A stretch of 63,003 bases of DNA, counting the filler, from Hausera hauseri (Eukaryota): the NCBI GenBank assembly GCA_046269625.1. It is 11 parts of 11 records of this genome, joined end to end, with 100 filler letters (N's around TTAATTAATTAA, not from the genome) between each part and the next. Parts side by side here need not be neighbours in the genome. Positions count along the whole stretch, not along the records: positions 56,997 to 63,003 come from JBJURY010154199.1; 10 more parts are not named here. One strand, given 5' to 3'. The notes under the pieces are model-generated. The model was not told where the DNA came from. It did not search any database and saw only the letters and a list, made by a program, of their open reading frames with translations. Positions 61,560 to 63,003 of this stretch are shown here, in pieces. Both the position numbers and the translations under genes were made by a program. Each line of letters opens with the position of its first letter. Positions within the stretch are counted from its first letter, which is position 1.

Positions 61560-62309
61560 CTTAATAACAATGCAGTATTCCAAATAGTTGGGCCTACTGG
61601 TAGTGGAAAAACCCACTTTGTATATCAGTTATTTTAGAGAGAGATTACATGTTTGAAAACAAGTTTAGTAGGATCTTTTGGCATCAAGGTGGAGGTGGGG
61701 AAAGCGGACTAACAAAACAATCAAAATTATTAACTTATAAATTAGTCAGAAAAAAAATTCTGACTCAAACAACCAAAATTATGTATTTCCTTTAAATTAG
61801 ACAAGGTGGAGGTGGGGAAAGTGGTCTAACACAACGTGAGTTTTGCAAGTTAAAAGGCATAAAGGTCATCAATGAATTTGACGAGAACTGGTCTTCACGT
61901 CTTAAAAAGGGTCATTGTTATTGACGATCTGTTCCAGGTGGCAAATAAGGAAGCTAATTTCACTAATTTGTTCACAAAGTAGCAAGACATAAATGGTCAT
62001 GGGAATACTACTCAAAACCTTTTCCATCAGGTAGGTAATCATCGTACTAGGAATTTAAATGTCCATTACTTGGTCATATTTAAGAACCCGAGAGATCAAA
62101 CCGTAGTGGATTATTTGGCCAGACAAGTATTTCCTAATAATAAGAAATATCTTATAGATGCATTCATGGATGCAACAAGATCACCACATGGATACCTCTT
62201 TATCGACTTTATTCAGTTATATCCTGATGATTACCGACTTAAGACAAACATATTTCATCCTAAATGCATAACCATCTATAATCATGAATTTTCGCAAAGT
62301 GTATATTAA
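61560..62309 (+). pseudogene. Polinton A32/FtsK-like DNA packaging ATPase, decayed
   Basis: IVGPTGSGKT, IDDL, TQNLF and HYLVIFKNPRD...LARQVFP...DAT...HGYLFIDF motifs. Confidence 0.92.
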
Positions 62310-63003
62310 AGTCAAACCAAAGGCTAATATGTCAAAGGCTAATATGCCAATGGCTAAAAAGCCAATGGTTAACAAGCCAATGGCTAACAAGCCAATGGCT
62401 AAAAAGCCAAAGAGAAAGCCAGTTAAGAAACCAATATCCATATATGAAACTGTGGCTAAATTAGTTGCTGCGAGAAAATTGGAACTACCTAGGAGATGTA
62501 TACGTGTATAAACAGGGCATAAATAATTCAATACATGGATAATATTGAGGCCAATTGTTAGAACAATTCCGTGTTTTGAAGCACTATTAAGGAATGGATC
62601 ACGTAGATGGGAACTGTTACAGGCGTTTCCGCCATTCGTATTGAAGGATTTCATTGAAGTTCTACACAACATTGTGATGAGCAATATCAAAATTTAGAAT
62701 TATAAAAAGACAGAGAACAAGTATCCAGATATATTGCTGGAAATGGCTAAGGCCCGGGCATTAGGTACCAAAAGATGCATTATGCAACAAAGATTTCAAG
62801 GAACTAAAAAGTCCAAGACGAAATATTTCGGTGCTAAACGACTACATCAAATAAATCAAGAGGAAAATGGATTCGTATGGGCTGCATTAGTACCATTCCT
62901 TATCTGGCTTTCCAGTTATATACTTCCAGCAGCTGCAACTGCAGCTGTATCATATGGTACAACAAGGGCCATTGGTGCCATAGATAATGCAATTAATAAG
63001 AAG
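62284..63003 (+). pseudogene. Basic Polinton virion/core-type (PX-like) gene downstream of the ATPase
   Basis: K/P-rich pentapeptide repeats, FIEVLHNIVMSNI, then QEENGFVWAALVPFL, resembling the QxGxGF-hydrophobic motif of post-ATPase Polinton proteins. Confidence 0.5.

Overview
This is not one locus. It is a pseudo-scaffold of 11 short contigs joined by ten identical 100-nt artificial linkers (N-run/TTAATTAATTAA/N-run), so adjacency is only meaningful inside a contig. Contig 1 (1-9337) is less AT-rich and looks foreign, possibly kinetoplastid. It carries an intronless, signal-peptide-bearing multi-SRCR gene (1-2163, minus strand, missed by the ORF track) and a large decayed gene. The other contigs are AT-rich, transposon-dense animal-like DNA. 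They contain decayed Polinton/Maverick (adintovirus-like) modules: protein-primed PolB on four contigs, packaging ATPase, integrase start, CTACT termini and two TBP-like genes. They also contain CsRn1-like Gypsy elements with ~110-120-bp GC-rich LTRs, a BEL/Pao 3' end, an intact VCP/p97, a NO VEIN-like GHKL-DUF3883 gene, and intronless host-gene relics (UBE3A/kinesin chimera, ankyrin, RBMS-like RRM, calcipressin, alpha-tubulin). The best candidate for a new system is the mini-LTR Gypsy family. Its Gag appears to start with a ubiquitin-like domain ending LHIHxRIRGG-M, there is no tRNA primer site after the putative 5' LTR, and its Pol ends in a conserved RVTF motif. Its LTR terminus also caps a 997-bp insertion of non-transposon cargo with TG...CA ends and a perfect 5-bp TSD inside a Polinton polB. 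The second candidate is Polinton-associated TBP-like genes. All family assignments come from motif recognition by eye; no database searches were run.
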